A stretch of DNA of 63,928 bases, the filler included, from Nemertoderma westbladi (Eukaryota; Animalia; Xenacoelomorpha), in the NCBI GenBank assembly GCA_032718475.1. It is 3 parts of 3 records of this genome, joined end to end, with 100 filler letters (N's around TTAATTAATTAA, not from the genome) between each part and the next. Parts side by side here need not be neighbours in the genome. Positions count along the whole stretch, not along the records: positions 50,463 to 63,928 come from JAUCBJ010006314.1; 2 more parts are not named here. One strand, given 5' to 3'. Under the pieces are notes generated by a model. The model made no database searches, was not told the origin of the DNA, and was given only the letters and a program-made list of their open reading frames with translations. Shown here one piece after another: positions 61,340 through 63,928 of the stretch; position 1 is the first letter of the stretch, and each line of letters opens with the position of its first letter. The translations under genes were made by a program, and so were the position numbers.

Positions 61340-61820
61340 TTTATTGGAATATAATAAACGCAGTACTCGTCTTCATTATAAGCCTCGTTGAGTTCGTCCT
61401 GTTTTGTATTTAAATATATTTCTTAACCACTGACTAACTACCTTTATAATAATAATAACTACGAATCCGTTCAATATGTGAAGCCAGGTGGTTTATATAA
61501 TAATATAGTCAACGCAGTACTCGTCTTCATTATAAGCCTCGTTGTGCTCGTCCTGTATTGTATTTAAATATATTTCCTAAACGTTGACTGACAATCTTTA
61601 TAACTACAGTATCTATACGTGTAATCTGCGATATGAGGAATGATTTATAGGAATATAATCAACGCAGTACTCGTCTTAATTATTATAAGCGTCGTTGCGC
61701 TCGTCCTGTTTTGTATTTAAATATATTTCCTAAACGCAGACTGACGATCTTTATAACTATCAATAAATTCAATATGCCAATCCAGGTATGGTTTTCAGGA
61801 ATATAACCAACGCAGTACTA
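61340..61820. repeat. ~150-bp imperfect tandem repeat, 3-4 copies
   Basis: AACGCAGTAC at 61357, 61511, 61661, 61809, followed by TCGTCTT.ATTATAAGC.TCGTTG..CTCGTCCTG in the first three. Confidence 0.82.
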
Positions 61821-62182
61821 AATGCAGTCGATGCTGTAATGATATTCAAATAATTAATTTAGAAATAATTAATAAATAAATAATTAATTATAAATATTAA
61901 TAATTATAAATAATTATGGATATAAGCCTTCTGCAGTGGTAATGTTATTGACTGACAATTATTAAATGAGATCTGTCTAACACGCAATAACACGATAATA
62001 GACTGAATAGTAGGGAAGGCAGGTTTCCATCTCGTTAAGCTAGCTGGAAATATCTCTACCTGCCGTGTACGTGTGGTTAGTTACATATAACCCCCTCCAC
62101 TCGCATTCCCATTGAAGAGCATCTGGCTGTTCTACACACACATCCTTCCCATCATATGTACCAGCACCCAGCCAACTTGGAT

Positions 62183-63390
62183 CTAGGATAGGATCGGCAT
62201 GCTGCATTGCAGCTGCATTTTTAAGAATGCTGTGCCGGCTTGTCGACAAAATTGCACCGCCACAACTCCCTATCACCCATGACATTTGCTAGATCATCCG
62301 CATCTTCAAGGCCAGTGTCCTTTAAGATGCGTCTCAAGAAAGTCATGGGCTGTCCACCATGCTTATTCACTCCATGAGGCTGCCAAAGTACAAGATTATG
62401 CACTGGCTGGTCCTCACGGCGAAAGCAATGTCCTGCAAAGCGGAGGCGATTTTGTTCTAGTGTCAAGCTTGGGGGAACCAATGAGACACCTCCAATGTTA
62501 TATAGTGTCTGGTTGGAGATGTGTGCATTGTACTTGACACAATGAACCCGGCGTAGCATTCTTGTGAATGTACCATCCAGAGATTTGGTGTCCTCAGCAG
62601 TTAGAGCCCAGCATGGACTCCCATAGAGGAGTACTGGAACTACTGCTGCTCTAAATAATCGGACCTTAAGTTTCCGATTAATTCTCTGTGACTTCCAAAT
62701 CCTGGAAAGCCTATTCAAGGCTGCCCATGCCTTTCCCTTACGTATTCGAAGGTCCTCACCTGACTTCCGGATCGATGATCCCAGGTAACAGAAGTCGTCC
62801 ACATGCTCAAGCATACCATCCTTTGAGCTTATGCTCATCCGATCAGAGACTTGCTGAGGACTTTCAAAGTTAACTGTCAAAATTTTGGTCTTTCTGGAGT
62901 TAATAAAAAGACCAACACTAGAAGCAGCATGTTCTAATGAGCTGAGGAGCCGTTGGGCTCCCTCTAGTGATTCTGAGAGTACTCCTAAGTCATCAGCAAA
63001 GTCTAGATCAGTTAGGTATTTGGCAGGATTTCCTCGACTTCTGGAGCCAGTAGGTGGAGTTATCATCACCCCATCATCATTATATGATCTAAGACATGCG
63101 TATAACATAGTCAACCACAATTATGAACAAGAATGGTGCAAGTGTGTCTCCCTGGAGGACGCCCCATAACACTTAACAAATGGTTCTGTGTCACCGTCAA
63201 CAGTAGAAACAAATGTTGTCGAACCATCGTATACTGATCTGATTGCTGCAATAATTTCATCAGGAATCCCATATAATGAAAGTATGCTGAAAATAATACG
63301 TGAGCGGGAGACTGAATCAAAGGCCTTGAAGAAGTCAAAAGGAGATAACAGCCAGATGCCTGTCTTTCTTTTTTGATAACTCTTCAATTA
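62183..63390 (-). mobile_element. 5'-truncated RTE family-B LINE, frameshifted RT
   Basis: DFFKAFDS, LDFADD, FCYLGS, VLLYGS, RLRFAGHC motifs over ORFs 63121-63387, 63111-63338 and 62221-63120; TSD CCAACTTGGAT at 62172-62182 and 63402-63412. Confidence 0.92.
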
Positions 63391-63928
63391 GATCTCACTC
63401 TCCAACTTGGATGTTAACCAATAAATGAGCAGTATTTAATGAGAATCGATTTTTTATGCCGTTTTAATTACTTTAGATCAATTAAAGACACAATTATTAA
63501 AAAAATTAAAATTAATTAAAATCACTTGAACTAATTAAAACTATAATGTAATGGGGTATGGGGATTACAGCTGTATAAATTTTAAGTATAATTATTTATA
63601 TATTATACTATAAAATAATTAATTTCCGTTAAAAAACTTGAAAATGCTGTTTTTTACCGCAATGAATTAATTACCTAATTAACTGCATTTATCTTAGCTT
63701 TTCGAAGGCCACACGTAAATTCTACTTGGAAAATGTCTAAACGTTTGCCAAACAACATGTCTACCAAGTTTGGATAGATTTCATCAAGGATTGGCCGAGT
63801 TATTAACGTTTAAAATTGAACACTCCAAAAAATAGCTACAGAACGACAGGTAGATTAATGATACCCCTACGCTAAGGCTCACTCACTTCGTGGCTCGCCC
63901 CACAGAACGACAGGTTGATTAATGGTAC

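Noticed and set aside
42615-63390. RTE-B 5' half (+) ends almost exactly where the RTE-B 3' half (-) begins (17-bp overlap), suggesting one element split by an inversion
   Set aside because: The 62.2-63.4 kb copy has its own TSD (CCAACTTGGAT), and the satellite on both sides of the 5' half has the same orientation; independent copies are more likely.

Overview
AT-rich, intron-containing animal (invertebrate) genomic DNA made of three contigs joined by two artificial N44-TTAATTAATTAA-N44 linkers (30304-30403, 50363-50462). Two spliced host genes can be rebuilt by hand. One is a voltage-gated K+ channel beta subunit (Kv-beta/KCNAB, aldo-keto reductase fold, + strand, about 3316-12881). The other is a secreted cystine-knot protein of the trunk/PTTH-like type (+ strand, about 33940-36673) that the ORF track mostly misses. 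The rest is dominated by repeats: a young BEL/Pao LTR retrotransposon (19229 to >30303, minus strand) plus two further LTR copies, two RTE-clade LINE families in many copies, several PIF/Harbinger and other MITEs, and many tandem arrays including a 6.9 kb satellite. The most interesting signal is the BEL/Pao element. It has no tRNA-type primer-binding site; instead the 12 nt just inside the 5' LTR are exactly complementary to a conserved 12-mer within the LTR, a geometry like Tf1 self-priming. It also has apparently ~4.2 kb LTRs, an uninterrupted 1467-aa Gag-protease ORF lacking RT and integrase, and a duplicated structured leader. Other oddities are tandemly duplicated splice donors on two consecutive Kv-beta exons and a ~265-bp target-site duplication around an RTE. 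All calls come from reading the sequence; no database searches were run.
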